Origin: Microthyrium microscopicum
Lineage: Eukaryota
DNA: 64,000 nt
Assembly: GCA_010405405.1 (NCBI GenBank)
Contig: MU004240.1
Coordinates: 758,316-822,315, forward strand
Direction: 5' to 3'
Every line of letters begins with the position of its first letter. Positions within the stretch are counted from its first letter, which is position 1. Position numbers and translations under genes: made by a program. Positions 50,153 through 62,311 of the stretch are shown here, piece by piece. A model generated the notes under the pieces. It was not told the origin of the DNA. It saw only the letters and a program-made list of their open reading frames with translations, and made no database searches.

Positions 50153-53100
50153 GGCTGGCGATATGTATAAGATAATGAAGTGGTTTGATGGAGTGATAAT
50201 ATTAAGCGATGGGGTGGTGTTGGCGGAATTAGGTACTTTTGATGGGAGAGATGGAATGCCTATGGTAGATGCATGACAGAGGGACCAGCGTTGCAAAGGG
50301 AAGGGAGGGGTGCTCTAAGGGCTAAACTGCCGCCTAGAAGAATGAGGACAGAGTGGTTGATGGAGGTTGATGGAGGTAGATGGAGGGTGGTGGATGGCTG
50401 CGATGACTGGAAGGTGCGACAGAGTGGGCAAGGCGTTGGTTGAAATAGGAAGAAGGCCAGGTGGCTCCTTCTGCGTTGCTCTCTCCTCGCCGCTTTAGGA
50501 ATGGCCGTGGATGCCGTCAGGAAAGACCGACCGGGGGCGCAGGGGCCTGTTTAGTTCCTTCCGGCCCCTGCTGCCCCTGCCTTACTTTCCAAGTAATAAA
50601 TTGAATACCACCACTAGTTCCAACCGAACTGCTCCTGAAACACTTACAACTCGGCATCTTTTGGCTTCTTTACACCTGTTTAACGGATCTAGCCCGACTA
50701 GCGCCGTATCAAATCTCTGGGGCTTAGTCCCGACTCCCACCAACAAGATCCAACATCAGCACATTCGCAACAGTGTGCATCACTGCATATGCTCCTGAAC
50801 ACTGAACTGCCATTCGCCATTCCTACTTTTTCTTATGCATCTCTGAAATAGGGGCAAATCAGCTATTCTTATTCTACTTGTGCCAACCTCTACCAACAAG
50901 GCGCAGTCATCCCTCTCCCACTTGTATCTACATGTCTATCCGCGCGCTCCGTATACTTTTAATGCCCAACAGATTTCATCCAATTCCAAGGGGTTTTTGC
51001 CGCTGAATTATGTTGGACCGACCGACTTTTAGTTACAAGCACTCCAACTAAATTAGGGGTTCCATTTCGTTCCCTACCTTTAACTTCTTTGCCTCAAACA
51101 TTACTTGCAGCACCACGCACACCCCTTGTTGCCCCTGCAGAGCCGCACATCACTAACTCCATTCCCCCTTTGGCCTGTCCACCGCATTCAATCAATCAAT
51201 CAATAACCTTTGCCTCCTCCTTACTCCCTTTTTTGATCATGATAATCAGCTCCTCTGGATTCTCAGGGCATCAATCCACTTGGTCTGTCAACCTTGCACA
51301 TTACGTTGGTTCAGGCGAGCCAGTCGGTTACACTATTAACTATTCCCACCTTTGTAGCCCTTCAAACTGCAGTACAAACTAACAAGGCCCAAAGCCAAAA
51401 AAACGTCTTTCCCTGGCTGACTTGTATCATATGATGGCTTTAACCATTGGCTCTGTCGCATCACTGCAACACCAAAAAACCCCTCTCTCGCCCAGTAATT
51501 CAGTGAACTATTGAAATCTCCAAAAAGTCCATGGAACCATTCGGGCAAGCATCCCAAAGAAGGATCAAATCCCAAAATGCAAAATTTTTCACACATCACG
51601 GACCAGAAGGGTCCTACCACAACTTCCTTCAATTCCAAAGTTGAAATATGGATCATCCGTCGCTCAACATCATCCCCAGATTTCAACACAGACCCCGGAA
51701 AGTCGCAATCAATATGGGCAAACCCCGGAATCCACGAGGGATCTTCTGATACTAATCCCAATAAACAACTAGAAACGACCCCAGACCCAAGTATAAACTA
51801 CCTCTGGCGAGACCAGTAAAGTGCATACTTTATATTGCCTTTGCAGCTAATAACCCGCCACCACATATTGAATCAAGTAACAAAACCCTCAATTATTCAT
51901 TATAAAATTATCAATATGTGCCTGACTTGTGGTCCGAAACCACACCACGCACAAAAAGAAGTTCATATAAATCGTCTCCATATTTGTGAAATTTCGGATA
52001 CTATGTTGGTACTATCAGCAATCCCTTCCCAGCCGTCGATCGCATTCTAACGCAATCCTACGCAATCCTCCCATCCATCTATCTATCTCCAGACGAGCAT
52101 GCATGTGCAAACGGGAATCTTGTTCTAGAATCCTCTTCACTCTGAACCTCCGACAACATCCAAATTAAGCCCCATTAATCCCACAACTTCCAACATCAAA
52201 AATTCCCCCGATACCTGGATCGGCGGATACCGAAAATAAAAAACATGTTCCCAGCCTCCCTCACACACAGGAAACAGTGCATCGTTTAACGCAAATAAAA
52301 TCTATCCATCTCACAACATCGTTGGGTCAAGACCATACTGTATAAGCTTCACCGCCCATAAACATTCCCATGAACCAAAACCGTTTATTCCCCGCACCCA
52401 GCAGAAAACTTAACCCCATTTCTCAGCTGAGGTCTGGCTGGGATACCGTATGTTCTTTGTGCGCTGGTGCTGGTGCTGGTTCGGGTGTCTCACGTTTCGT
52501 CTGACGAGAGATTTTGACTCGCCTTGCTCGCTAAGCGCGATTCCCCCACCAGCGTCGCAGCACGGCAGGCGGGTGCAGCTGTGGTCAGATTAATCATTAT
52601 GGTAAGATATTACAGAGTAGGATATTCTAGATGTGAAAATACTAAAGGTGAAGGCTGGGAGGGAAGAAAATAATGTTGCTACGGAGCTGGAGGCTGGGAA
52701 AGGTAACAGGAAACATAACGCCAGCCCTTGGCCCTACCGCCATTTCCATGTTTTCTCAGTGGTTGCACCGAAAAGATGAGACAGTTTGATGGTTTGACGG
52801 TTCATACGAAAAAGGTTTATTTTACAGCTAGGATGGTGTTATGAACCGAGGGCTGGGATTACGAACAATGGATCGTACAGGTTACGGCGTAGAGTAAGAA
52901 TTACTCGTAAGCTAGAGCGGTGACACGTTCATAATCTGTAAGACGAAGAATTGAATTATTGGATTCGATGCTACCTAAAGCCATGCACCAAACGCCGCCA
53001 ACAAAAGAGTTCGCTCAACAGTAACAAGTGTACCAGCTAGAGGCCAAGCACCCATCAAAAAAATAACTAATATCACTAGCCATGAAGCTAGATATCGGAC

Positions 53101-53290
53101 AGAAACAAAGGTGGAAGGTTACAGGCGGGTATGGTTTCTTTTTGGTGTCGTTGTGTACATCATCTCGAAAGGGGTCGACAGAACATTAGGAGAACAATGA
53201 GGTTTTGTATTGCGGGATGTCGTGATCAGCTCCTCATCCTACGCAACTCGAGATATCGAAATCTCCACAACAGAAGCTAGTAGATGACAT

Positions 53291-54995
53291 CTACAACTCC
53301 TCCTTGGCATAATCGCGAGCCTTTTGAACGCTCTCAGTCGCAGCATCGTAAGCCTTTTGGGCAGACTTTGAGGCCGACTTGTTTCCTGCCTTGGAGGCGC
53401 TGTACAAAGCGGACGAGGCACTCTTGGAAGCAGAGGAAGCAGCAGAAGCAGCAACGGACCCGACGCTGTTGAGTGCGCTGGATGCAGAGGAGATGGCATT
53501 CTTGTCTCCTGCCTTGGAGGCGCTGGACAAAGCGGACGCGGCACTCTTGGAAGCAGAGGACGCAGAAGCAGCAGCCACGGACGAGACACTGTTGATCGCG
53601 CTGGAGGCGGAAGAAATGGCATTCTTGTCTCCTGCCTTGGAGGCGACGGACAAAGCAGATGAGGCACTTGAGGAAGCAACTGAAGCGGCGGAAGAAGCGG
53701 CAGACGCGGCGCTGGCGGATGCGCTAGATGCAGAAGAGATGGCATTCTTTGAGACGCTGGAAGCGCTGGCGGCAGCTTGATCTCTCAAGCCAGTAGCAGT
53801 AGCAGATGCAGAGGATGCAGCAAGTCCAACTTGGGAACGAGCCCAATCAATGTAGGACCATGCAGCGCTCTTGTAGCCGTCAATCTGGTATCCAAGGTCG
53901 TTGCTGGCGCGAGCATATTGATTGCTGGCACTGGAAGTAGCAGCTCCGTAGGCACTAGAAGCAGATGCGGCCATCTTGCTGGCTTCAGAATTTAGGAGGG
54001 CATTTTGACGACGGACAACAGCTAGGACCTCATTGCGCTTGGAACCTTGAGGAACCTTGAGTCCCTTCTCATCAGCCCATTTCTTGAGTTGGCTGTCTGA
54101 CCAGGTGTCAAAGACGGCATCGGAGACGGCCTGAGTGGCTGAAGAAGCGGTAGAGGATAGAGATGAAGACCAAGCAGAGAGGTTGTTGGAGGCAGTTCGA
54201 GAGTTGCGGCGGACGGAGGCGATGAGCTCGTTGCGCTTGCCACCTTGGTAGACGGGAATTCCGCGCTCATCTGACCATGCCTTGAGGTCAGAATCAGACC
54301 AAGATGCGTACAACCAGTCTCCGGGATAGGAGTAGTATTCTCCAGCCTTCTCAGCGACAGCTTGATAGTTTGATCGGACGGTCTTGAGAAGAGAGTCACG
54401 AGTGCGAGGCTGAGGAACAGGAATGCCATGGTAATCGCAGAAGCTCTTAAGCTGAGACTCAGTCCAGCTATGATGAATTAGTTAAAGCTCGCGAGATGAT
54501 CCAAGGCCTATAGAGGGAAGCTTACGAGTCGAAAATCCAGTTGCTGACCGAACCGTACGCAGTGTTGGCACCTTCGGCAGTTTCTGACCAGGTAGATTGA
54601 ACTTGCTTGACGAGGGCATCCTTGTTGTTGACGGCGCTCTTTTGAACGTCTTCACCCTTCTGTGAGAGATACTTTGAGAGTTGAGCGGTGTCCCAGCTAT
54701 TGTATGGAGTGACAACATTGTCGTTCCAGCCGTCCTTGACTGCCTTCTCCAGATCTTTACGATCAGAAGGAGTAGGGTATGGGATGTTGTGATCTGACAA
54801 CCATCTCTCCAACTCAGTCTCATGCCATTTGTTGTATACTGCTGTACAATTAGTTCAGTTTGATGTTCTTGAATCTATTTCAAGAATTCAGAAGCTCGAC
54901 GAAAGTGACTTACCAGTGCTTCCGAACCATGATGATGCTGCAACGGCGTCAACCGCTAGAAGTGCCACGAGGGCGCTGCTGATGGCAAAACGCAT
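53291..54995 (-). CDS. ISH1: Ish1-like stress-responsive nuclear envelope/ER protein
   Basis: Signal peptide MRFAISSALVALLAVDAVAA; repeated W(S/H)xSxL..W....IP Ish1 motifs; C-terminal KEEL; two introns. Confidence 0.88.
53380..53750 (-). repeat. Three 123-bp (41-aa) Ala/Ser-rich tandem repeats inside ISH1
   Basis: The unit KNAISSASSA...SALxxASKAG(D/N) occurs three times; DNA ggcattcttgtctcctgccttggaggcg recurs at 123-bp spacing. Confidence 0.9.
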
Positions 54996-55157
54996 GCTGA
55001 ATGAACGCTTTTTGAATACAGGAGGTTAACAGGGTCTAGAACTAGGGCGATTGAAGTAATTTGGTGATTTGAAAAGTAGTTGGAGGTTGAAGTTGTTGAG
55101 GAATGTTGTTAGAAAGGAGAGAGCTTCGACTGAGTAGAAGGGTGTTGATTGTTTGGG

Positions 55158-55171
55158 TCGTGACGTCACGA
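55158..55171. promoter_or_regulatory. Perfect 14-bp palindrome containing a CRE (TCGTGACGTCACGA) in the ISH1 promoter
   Basis: About 165 bp upstream of the ATG; S. pombe ish1 is an Atf1 target. Confidence 0.65.
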
Positions 55172-55636
55172 AGGTTCAGAGATATGGGAAACTGCAGGTG
55201 GGTGGTGCTTGCTACCTTCCCAGCCGCCTTGGTGTGCTTTTGAAAAGTTGAAGCTTGCCAGCCAAGCCATTTATTTTTTCTCTCTTTGCAGAAGGCGCGT
55301 TTGATGCGTTCATTGTTGGCGTGCTTTAGGTGTCGAAGCTTCAGTCTGCCAATCGCTGTTGTTGTTAGCATCGACGATTGCATTTGCCCCCTCTAGGCCC
55401 CAGTCTCCCCCCTCCATGTTTTGGAGCTTGCATCGCGATCTACTTTCCCATGATGACATAGGTGGATTTCTTCACATGGCATTTTCATTTCCAAGCAAAG
55501 AAATTAATAGTTCATATGGTCTGTAATGATACTTCGACAGCTCATATTTTTTTGGCTTGGTTGTCGTAGCTACATGAGAAAAACACTTATTTTGTACACA
55601 AATAAATTTACACGATACTACACATGAACGAAAGCG

Positions 55637-56021
55637 TTATAGATCTCCTTTCTTGAAGTCCTTCATCGTACCACCCTTCTTATCTGCAGAATCGTCACTC
55701 TCTATTTGCTCCGTGGGCTTCTCAGCTCGATTCTCCATCTCGCGATTGTGCTTCTTGGTGGCTTCGTCTTGTTGCTCCTCGCCCGGTGGGTCGGCATTGA
55801 GAATCTTTGGCTTCAGGCCCTTCGCAGACTTCGGGCGGTCCTCGCTCATGAGCCCACGAGAGGAAGAGATGTGTCTCACAGACGCTGAGGAGACTAGCCG
55901 CGCATCTGCATCAAATAATTAGCTAAGAACTTCATGGGGTGCTTTGGAGGCTCAGATGCTACACACGTTGTAGGTTTGTGACTCGCGCCACTCGAAGGAT
56001 TGAGTTTGATATGCTGCTCAT
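55637..56021 (-). CDS. Small hydrophilic protein with predicted mitochondrial presequence
   Basis: MSSISNSILRVARVTNLQ, one intron, then HARLVSSASVRHISSSR...PKILNADPP...KKHNREMENRAEK. Confidence 0.75.
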
Positions 56022-56518
56022 GATGAACTTTTGGCTACTGTGTGATTTTGTAGAAGTAGGGAAATTGTGTCGTGAAGGAAGATCAGAGGTCTTGCCATGC
56101 TCTGACGTAAAGCTGCTTTCTCTTGGGAGCTTGGACGCTTTGTTTGTAGCTGCTGGGGCTCAATGGAGCAATACTTGCCCTAGTACAAGAACGGATTAGC
56201 GTCGGCCGCATATCATTGTACATCTCATGCCGCAAATCTTTGTTATCGTGCATTAATCGAGCATATAATGAGTTTAGGGGAATCGAGCGTCTAATCGATA
56301 ACGAGAGCCAGTATGTACTCACATTGGCGCGTATCAGATGATTTGGTTGGAGGCAGTCATTAAGGTGGTTAAATGCACCTAGATCCTACCAAGGCCAAGC
56401 CTGGTCTTCAGCCTTATAGACAACCACCTCACGTAGGAAGAATTCAAAACAGCATCGTGAAAGAATAGAAGTCAAGCATCATTCAACGAATATCCAATTC
56501 AAAGGTTTGATCAATGCG

Positions 56519-59413
56519 CTAGAGCATCACTTCATCCTTATCCATACTAAAATCATATTCCCCAGCAACAAACGTCTGCCGAGCCAAACGTGTAGCCGTG
56601 GATGAAAACGCCTTTGATGCTTTACCAATATAATCCCCCCTAGCGCCATCGCTGCTTCCAAACCAATAAACAAAACTGCTAGAAATCCAATGCCAAAATG
56701 CTGTGATGGGGTCGTGAATGGGTTGCGTAAGAAAAGAGGCTGCATTCGAAAGTGAAGTAAGAACTAAGAACGGCGGTGAATTGCTCGCTGGGAAGGGGCC
56801 ATAACTGCTGTGGGTGTAGGATCGGAATAGTGGACGCGTGAGGACAAAGCTGAGTGAGAGATTAGTCTTGATATTTAGGAAAAGGAGGCTGACGTACCAT
56901 AATATTATTTCGCATATTGCCCACGTCGCGAAAAGTAATGAGATCCAACCCAGCGGAGTCATATGGCCCTTGTTGTCTTCATCGACAGTATAGAACGTCT
57001 CCCGAACTCCCCGCGCAAGTGCGGAAAATGGATGCGAGGCTAGACAGTCACCATCACACTTGTGATGAGTACAGTTGGCTGACTTTTCCAGAGTACGCTC
57101 TAGACGCCCGAGACCAGCATTCAGCGACTTTGTTCGTGAGTGCATGTTATTGACATGCTCAGACATGCGCTGAAGGTGCATCTCTTCTTCCAAGCGACCC
57201 TTCCGTCGTGGTGTGAGCGAGCCAGCGTCTACTTCTGCTTTGAGCTGAGCTAGACGGCGATTGGTGTCGCTGGGTTTGGTGGTCGGTCGCGTTGAATCAG
57301 ACGAGCCATTGGAGCTGCTAGTAGCTTGTCCAGTGGTGGTTCGCTCTTCAGAATATTTAGCAATGGTCTCGTAAAGTTCTATCGGCAACGTACCTTCTGG
57401 AGATGTGACACCGTTCAGCTTGGAAAAATCCCAGACTCTTGCGGTATTGTCGTCATCCTCCTCAGACATCAATCCTTCTAGCGAGTCTATTGTCGAGTCC
57501 CCCAATTCATCGCTTTGACCGGTCTCCTTTCGAGCTCTACCAACTAGTGCAGAAAGCGCAGATTTAGGTACGTCTGGCTTCTTTTGTTTTGCAGCCTCCT
57601 CAGAAGACTGAACTGCTGGCTGTTTTGGCAATGCCACTGGCGTTGGCTTCTTTGATGCCTTAGTCGCAGGCAGGCTCTGCCTTTCTGCGGCTGGTGTCTC
57701 GATCCATGCGCCAGTCACGAGCGGTGTTTTGGGCGGAAGCGGAGGAGGGATATCACTGTTTCCTAAAGAATTTTGCGACCCGGCGTTTGTTCTTGGTTGG
57801 CTGGTTTTGCGAGCTGATGCAAATACTTCGTCAATGGCATTGTGTCGACCAGCAGTGGAAGTGACTCTACTACTGCTCGGCTTCACGGTCTCCAGTTGAC
57901 TTGGGGGCTTGAACATATCATTGTGGGGCTTTTTCGGTGTGACAGATCTTGAAAGTTGACGGAGAATGTCGATCGAGTCGGACTGATCGGCCTGGAATCG
58001 GGATGGTCCTGGAGTTGCAACAGGAGAAGGTACGGAATCATTGGTGGTGGAAGGGCCTTGGTCCCTTATCTTCTTTCTCGGTGAGGCATAGGTAGATCTT
58101 GGTTTCAGAGAGGTCTGGTCGCTTGCTATTGGGTCAAGTGGTGGCGTGGGATAAGAACTTGTAACAGAAACTGGACGGGGAGGGTTATTGAGTTGCGATT
58201 TTGGTGGATTTTTTGGCGGTAACTGGTTCGATCGAGACTGAGCTTGACTCATTTGCCTGGCGATCGGTCTTCTTGACAGATCATTGTTCCCTGGTCTCGA
58301 TAATATTCCGGGCTGGCGATGGTCAGAAGGGTGTGGTACAAAACCAGATGCTGTCTGCAAAGGACCAGTTATCGTGGCAGCGTCGTCTACCTCCGAATCG
58401 GTGAGGAGTTCTGCAAGTGGGCCTAAAGCATCCAGCTCTGATGCAGAAAAGATTTCCTCAAGCGTTGGCTTTCTATTTGGAGGATTGGTGATCCCATCCT
58501 CCGTTAGAGCAGTGTTCATCTGCTCATCGGCGTTCCTTCTCCGTGTCTTTTCTTCTTCGAGCTCTTTCTGTGCAGCTTCAGCATCAGCGCGTCTAATTGC
58601 ATCAAGCCTAGCACTATATGCCGTAGTCGGGCCAGCCTGACGCGATATCTTGGGGTCAGTCTGTACGGTCTCTGCTCCTTGCGCTTTCCCAAAAATTCGA
58701 CGCTTAGTCGGGTAAGCTGGGGTAGACGATATCAAAGATTTATCGTCAAATTCATCACTCACTTCCCAAGAGAGCACTTTCTCGACCGATTTGTTCCTAG
58801 CAAATCGACCTGTAGCAGGTGTTCCTCGTGTTGAGCTTTTCCGGGAAAGCGGGCTGTCTTCTATGCTGGGGATGGGATTGTCTGCACCGTCATCCCAGTC
58901 AATTGTATCTAGCTCTCGAACTATTGGCGTGGCCTGGTTTTTTATATGCTGGTACCGTTCAAAGAGGCTTTGCCCAGCGACAAGGCCTGGAACCTCTACC
59001 ACGGGCTGGGGTGCTGCATTCTCATTCCGCTTGATCTGTCGCGCTCTCTGATTACCTTGATTTTGTGTACCATTGCGTATCCGGGGTTTCGGTCCGCGCT
59101 CGAAATCTTCCAACGGAAGATTGAGTCTTCGTTTCTGGGGTTGTGCCGGTCGCGTTTGAGGTGCAAATAGAGGTCCCTGATACGCGGCTACAGTTTGTGC
59201 CTCTATCTCGGCTTTTGATCTGCGATTGAATACATCTAGAGGAATATTGACATGTCTCCGAGTATTCAGGGGAGCGCGACGCGTCTGTCGTTGTTCTGCT
59301 GCCATGCGCTCAGCCATATGGATCTCGAAGGAGGAGTCGGACGAGTGTTGTTCGGGAAGTTCATAACTGCCGGTTTCAGTCTCGGAGCCGTATTGGGTAA
59401 CGCGAACATCCAT
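56519..59413 (-). CDS. Large disordered protein with coiled coil and C-terminal TM helix; function unknown
   Basis: 964-aa ORF with many S/T-P sites and TM GWISLLFATWAICEIIL; probable in-frame intron 56850-56897. Confidence 0.8.
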   Translation of the reverse strand: MDVRVTQYGSETETGSYELPEQHSSDSSFEIHMAERMAAEQRQTRRAPLNTRRHVNIPLDVFNRRSKAEIEAQTVAAYQGPLFAPQTRPAQPQKRRLNLPLEDFERGPKPRIRNGTQNQGNQRARQIKRNENAAPQPVVEVPGLVAGQSLFERYQHIKNQATPIVRELDTIDWDDGADNPIPSIEDSPLSRKSSTRGTPATGRFARNKSVEKVLSWEVSDEFDDKSLISSTPAYPTKRRIFGKAQGAETVQTDPKISRQAGPTTAYSARLDAIRRADAEAAQKELEEEKTRRRNADEQMNTALTEDGITNPPNRKPTLEEIFSASELDALGPLAELLTDSEVDDAATITGPLQTASGFVPHPSDHRQPGILSRPGNNDLSRRPIARQMSQAQSRSNQLPPKNPPKSQLNNPPRPVSVTSSYPTPPLDPIASDQTSLKPRSTYASPRKKIRDQGPSTTNDSVPSPVATPGPSRFQADQSDSIDILRQLSRSVTPKKPHNDMFKPPSQLETVKPSSSRVTSTAGRHNAIDEVFASARKTSQPRTNAGSQNSLGNSDIPPPLPPKTPLVTGAWIETPAAERQSLPATKASKKPTPVALPKQPAVQSSEEAAKQKKPDVPKSALSALVGRARKETGQSDELGDSTIDSLEGLMSEEDDDNTARVWDFSKLNGVTSPEGTLPIELYETIAKYSEERTTTGQATSSSNGSSDSTRPTTKPSDTNRRLAQLKAEVDAGSLTPRRKGRLEEEMHLQRMSEHVNNMHSRTKSLNAGLGRLERTLEKSANCTHHKCDGDCLASHPFSALARGVRETFYTVDEDNKGHMTPLGWISLLFATWAICEIILWYVSLLFLNIKTNLSLSFVLTRPLFRSYTHSSYGPFPASNSPPFLVLTSLSNAASFLTQPIHDPITAFWHWISSSFVYWFGSSDGARGDYIGKASKAFSSTATRLARQTFVAGEYDFSMDKDEVML

Positions 59414-61528
59414 GAAATGGACAACAGGAATGGACAGCTATTCTCGTGGAGACCAGCTGTTGTGGGAGGTGGGCGCAATGGTTTGGAGGGAATGGGAAGT
59501 CGCTAATCGGCTGAATAAACAGTATTGAGGCGTATCGCGAGAGCAATATGCACTGGTGACTACTCAGATATAGATGTCTAGTAAACAATTGTAAGGTGTC
59601 GAGAATCTATTATTATTGTTGTATGTGGTTGTTATGCATCGCGTGCATCGCACCTGCCTCTATCGCACGCGACGTTCCTGCCCACCTCGGCCTCGTGGCT
59701 AGTGAATGTGGCTGATGCAGTGCACTCGCCACATCCCATTAGTCGGGCCGTGAGAACCTTTTCTCAACATCGTACTACTGTAAGTACTCTACAGTCCTCT
59801 ACTCACATCAGAGTATATCAAAAGAGAGTGGTCAACTTACGCCTCCTTCGAATAGCAAAGAATACTTTCGATACGTGGTCGGTAGGCAGTCAAAAAAGCA
59901 GATGCTGTGCGCATAACAATCCTAGAGTGTAGGATGTGTCAACGATGCACTTCACTGACTCTTTTGCAAACGGTCGAGCCAGTACATACATGGAAAGATC
60001 CTCGATATATTGGATCAAGGCATCGCCATGTTTCAGGCCGCGCCTCCTGACGCCTTAGAGAATACTCTTCCATCCTGCTGTGATACCAATTCCAGTAGGT
60101 ACTCGCGATCGCATGTTCCTCGATTCTGTATTCTCCAACAAGGTTTGAAACAACTGGCCGATTGCGGCACATCATACAAAGCATGAACCATTTTCTCGCA
60201 CGTTTCTTCTAGGTTCTTGTCGACTCTATCCTTGTGTTGCTCGTCGACCCCATGGCCTGGTTCACACTTGAAATCTATGCATCGCAGTCCCTCACCACCA
60301 TGATGGAACATGCCATGGCTGATACCATACTTCTAATACTCTAGCATTTACTGGGTGTGGCTGGCGCCTAGTGCGCAAGCTCTTATGCAGTCCTCAAATT
60401 GTTCAATTCTTCGGGTAAGCCGCTCTTATTCCATTATAACCAAATATGTACATCCGACGTTGGCTCATGTACTTCAGACGCCAGCTTCTTCTCTTACCTG
60501 GAGCCGCCCTGCCTGTTTTGGACCGGAGTCTTCCCAGGCTGTCACTAGACACTTCGTACTATTTTATGCAGGAACGGACTATTATTGAACAACTTTCCGC
60601 CTGCGTTTGATGAGACAGGACCCCCACGACCAGGTCGTTCCAAACAACTATACTCTGGTCGTCTCGATGACCCGGTACATTCATTCTTTGCTTAGTTCCA
60701 CAGCCCTGCTAGATCAGCAGCAATGTTTCCAATTGTTCCAGTAAAGGCTTTGCGCGGTTTAATCGGCAAGGCATCCAGTTGGTCAGGAGATATTAACTTT
60801 CGCTCCTTGGATGAAGTCTGCAGTTATGCAGTTCAGAATAGCGCCACCAGCTTCGACAACTTTGTATCATCTACAGGTTGGTCGTCATGTAAATACATCA
60901 TGGTTGATCCCAGATCATTCGAGAACATCTCTCAACCCAGTCAGATCTACCATACTACCGCGTAAAGCGACGTAGTTCCAAAATGCTGAACCTATGGCTC
61001 TCTCACATGAACAGCTTTTACGCTGGGATCTATGAGACAAGCTCTGTCTCGTTACTCATTATATGAATAGTACATCAGCAGAAGCGCAAGTTTGGCAGGC
61101 GACGACCTATAAAATGGCATATAAGAATGCGGTAAGAGATCATGAGGCATTGCAATTGCCAATCACAGCGGACTTGCTCCTCTCGAGTGGCTTGGTTTCT
61201 CATTGCGTCCAAGGCCTTCCCCTCTTTAGGCGTATTGTTAGTTCCTAATTGTAGAACTAATTCCATCGGAAAACATTTTGGCGTCATCCCTCATCTGGAC
61301 TCTGACTCCATCCAAGGCCCGGCCCGGATATCTATCATTTGTGGCGCCCGCGAGAACTTCGATAGCGGGGACCAAGTACACTATGGTATGCATGAAATAA
61401 TTCCAGGGAGGCTGATAGCACGCGCTTGTCTATGCCATTTCGGTGTACTGTCATATCTCCCGCTGCCTTATAGATCAGCATGCTTCCGCCACCTGCTAAA
61501 GCCAATACTAACCATTTGCTCACCAGAA

Positions 61529-62311
61529 ATGTCCCTTCCTCTCTCATACTTGGACATTGTTGATTTCGACGACGACGATAACACACGGGTGAGGCCGATT
61601 ACTGTTTTGCTGATCCCGCGCTAATACGTTAAGATCCAAGCAGTTCGAATAGCATGCGTTGGGGAGGTCCAAGAGTTGGACGTCCCCAAGTTCGAGTCTA
61701 TCACCGTCTTAGCCTCCGATCTAATCTTTCGTGACGATTACTCCTTTGTCTCCGATCTTAGTCGCTTCATCGGCGTACCCCTATCAGCGCGCAAAGTTCA
61801 GCTGGACGGTTACTGGAACATTGACCGACGGAATGACGAAGCTGCCTCGCTTTTCCCCAACTGCGACATGGGCGCACTCGACCCCCAGCAACCAGTGTTT
61901 GGTTCTGTTCCCGATTTCTGGAGTCAGGATACTGGACCTGTAATTGTCGCACGGATAGATCAAAAACCGCTTCATCCTCTACATGCGGCCGCACTCGTTT
62001 CCTTTGCCATGAAGGAAATGAAAGGTCCCTTCCGCGAGTGTATGGATATTGAGAGAGCTTGGACACATCTTCATGGCGCCAAGGAGATGATATTCGAGCG
62101 AAGAAGAGAAACTCTTGCTCAAGCAAGCCCGATCCAGTTCGCAGAGTTCTTTCGAGAATACAGACAGCGAAGAGTTCAGGGACGACCTGATCTCGCGCTT
62201 CCCTGGCATCAGTTGAACCACCGTCAACGAGTAGAGATACAAAAATTGTCGCCAGAGGAAATCGAACCGAGACCTGAATGGGCCAATGTGCCAACACCAT
62301 TTGCTGTATGA
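61529..62311 (+). CDS. Fungal hypothetical protein resembling the domain often found with MYND fingers
   Basis: Exon 61529-61588, intron 61589-61633, then IQAVRIACVGE...PKFESITV...QDTGPVIVARIDQKPLHPLH. Confidence 0.65.

Noticed and set aside
50300..53290. Short ORFs or a structured RNA in the 3-kb HAC1-ISH1 spacer
   Set aside because: The ORFs lack coding character and I recognised no tRNA, snRNA or other RNA motif; most likely promoter and UTR.
53379..53780. Ala/Glu-rich repeat ORF on the plus strand
   Set aside because: Reverse complement of the ISH1 Ala/Ser repeats.
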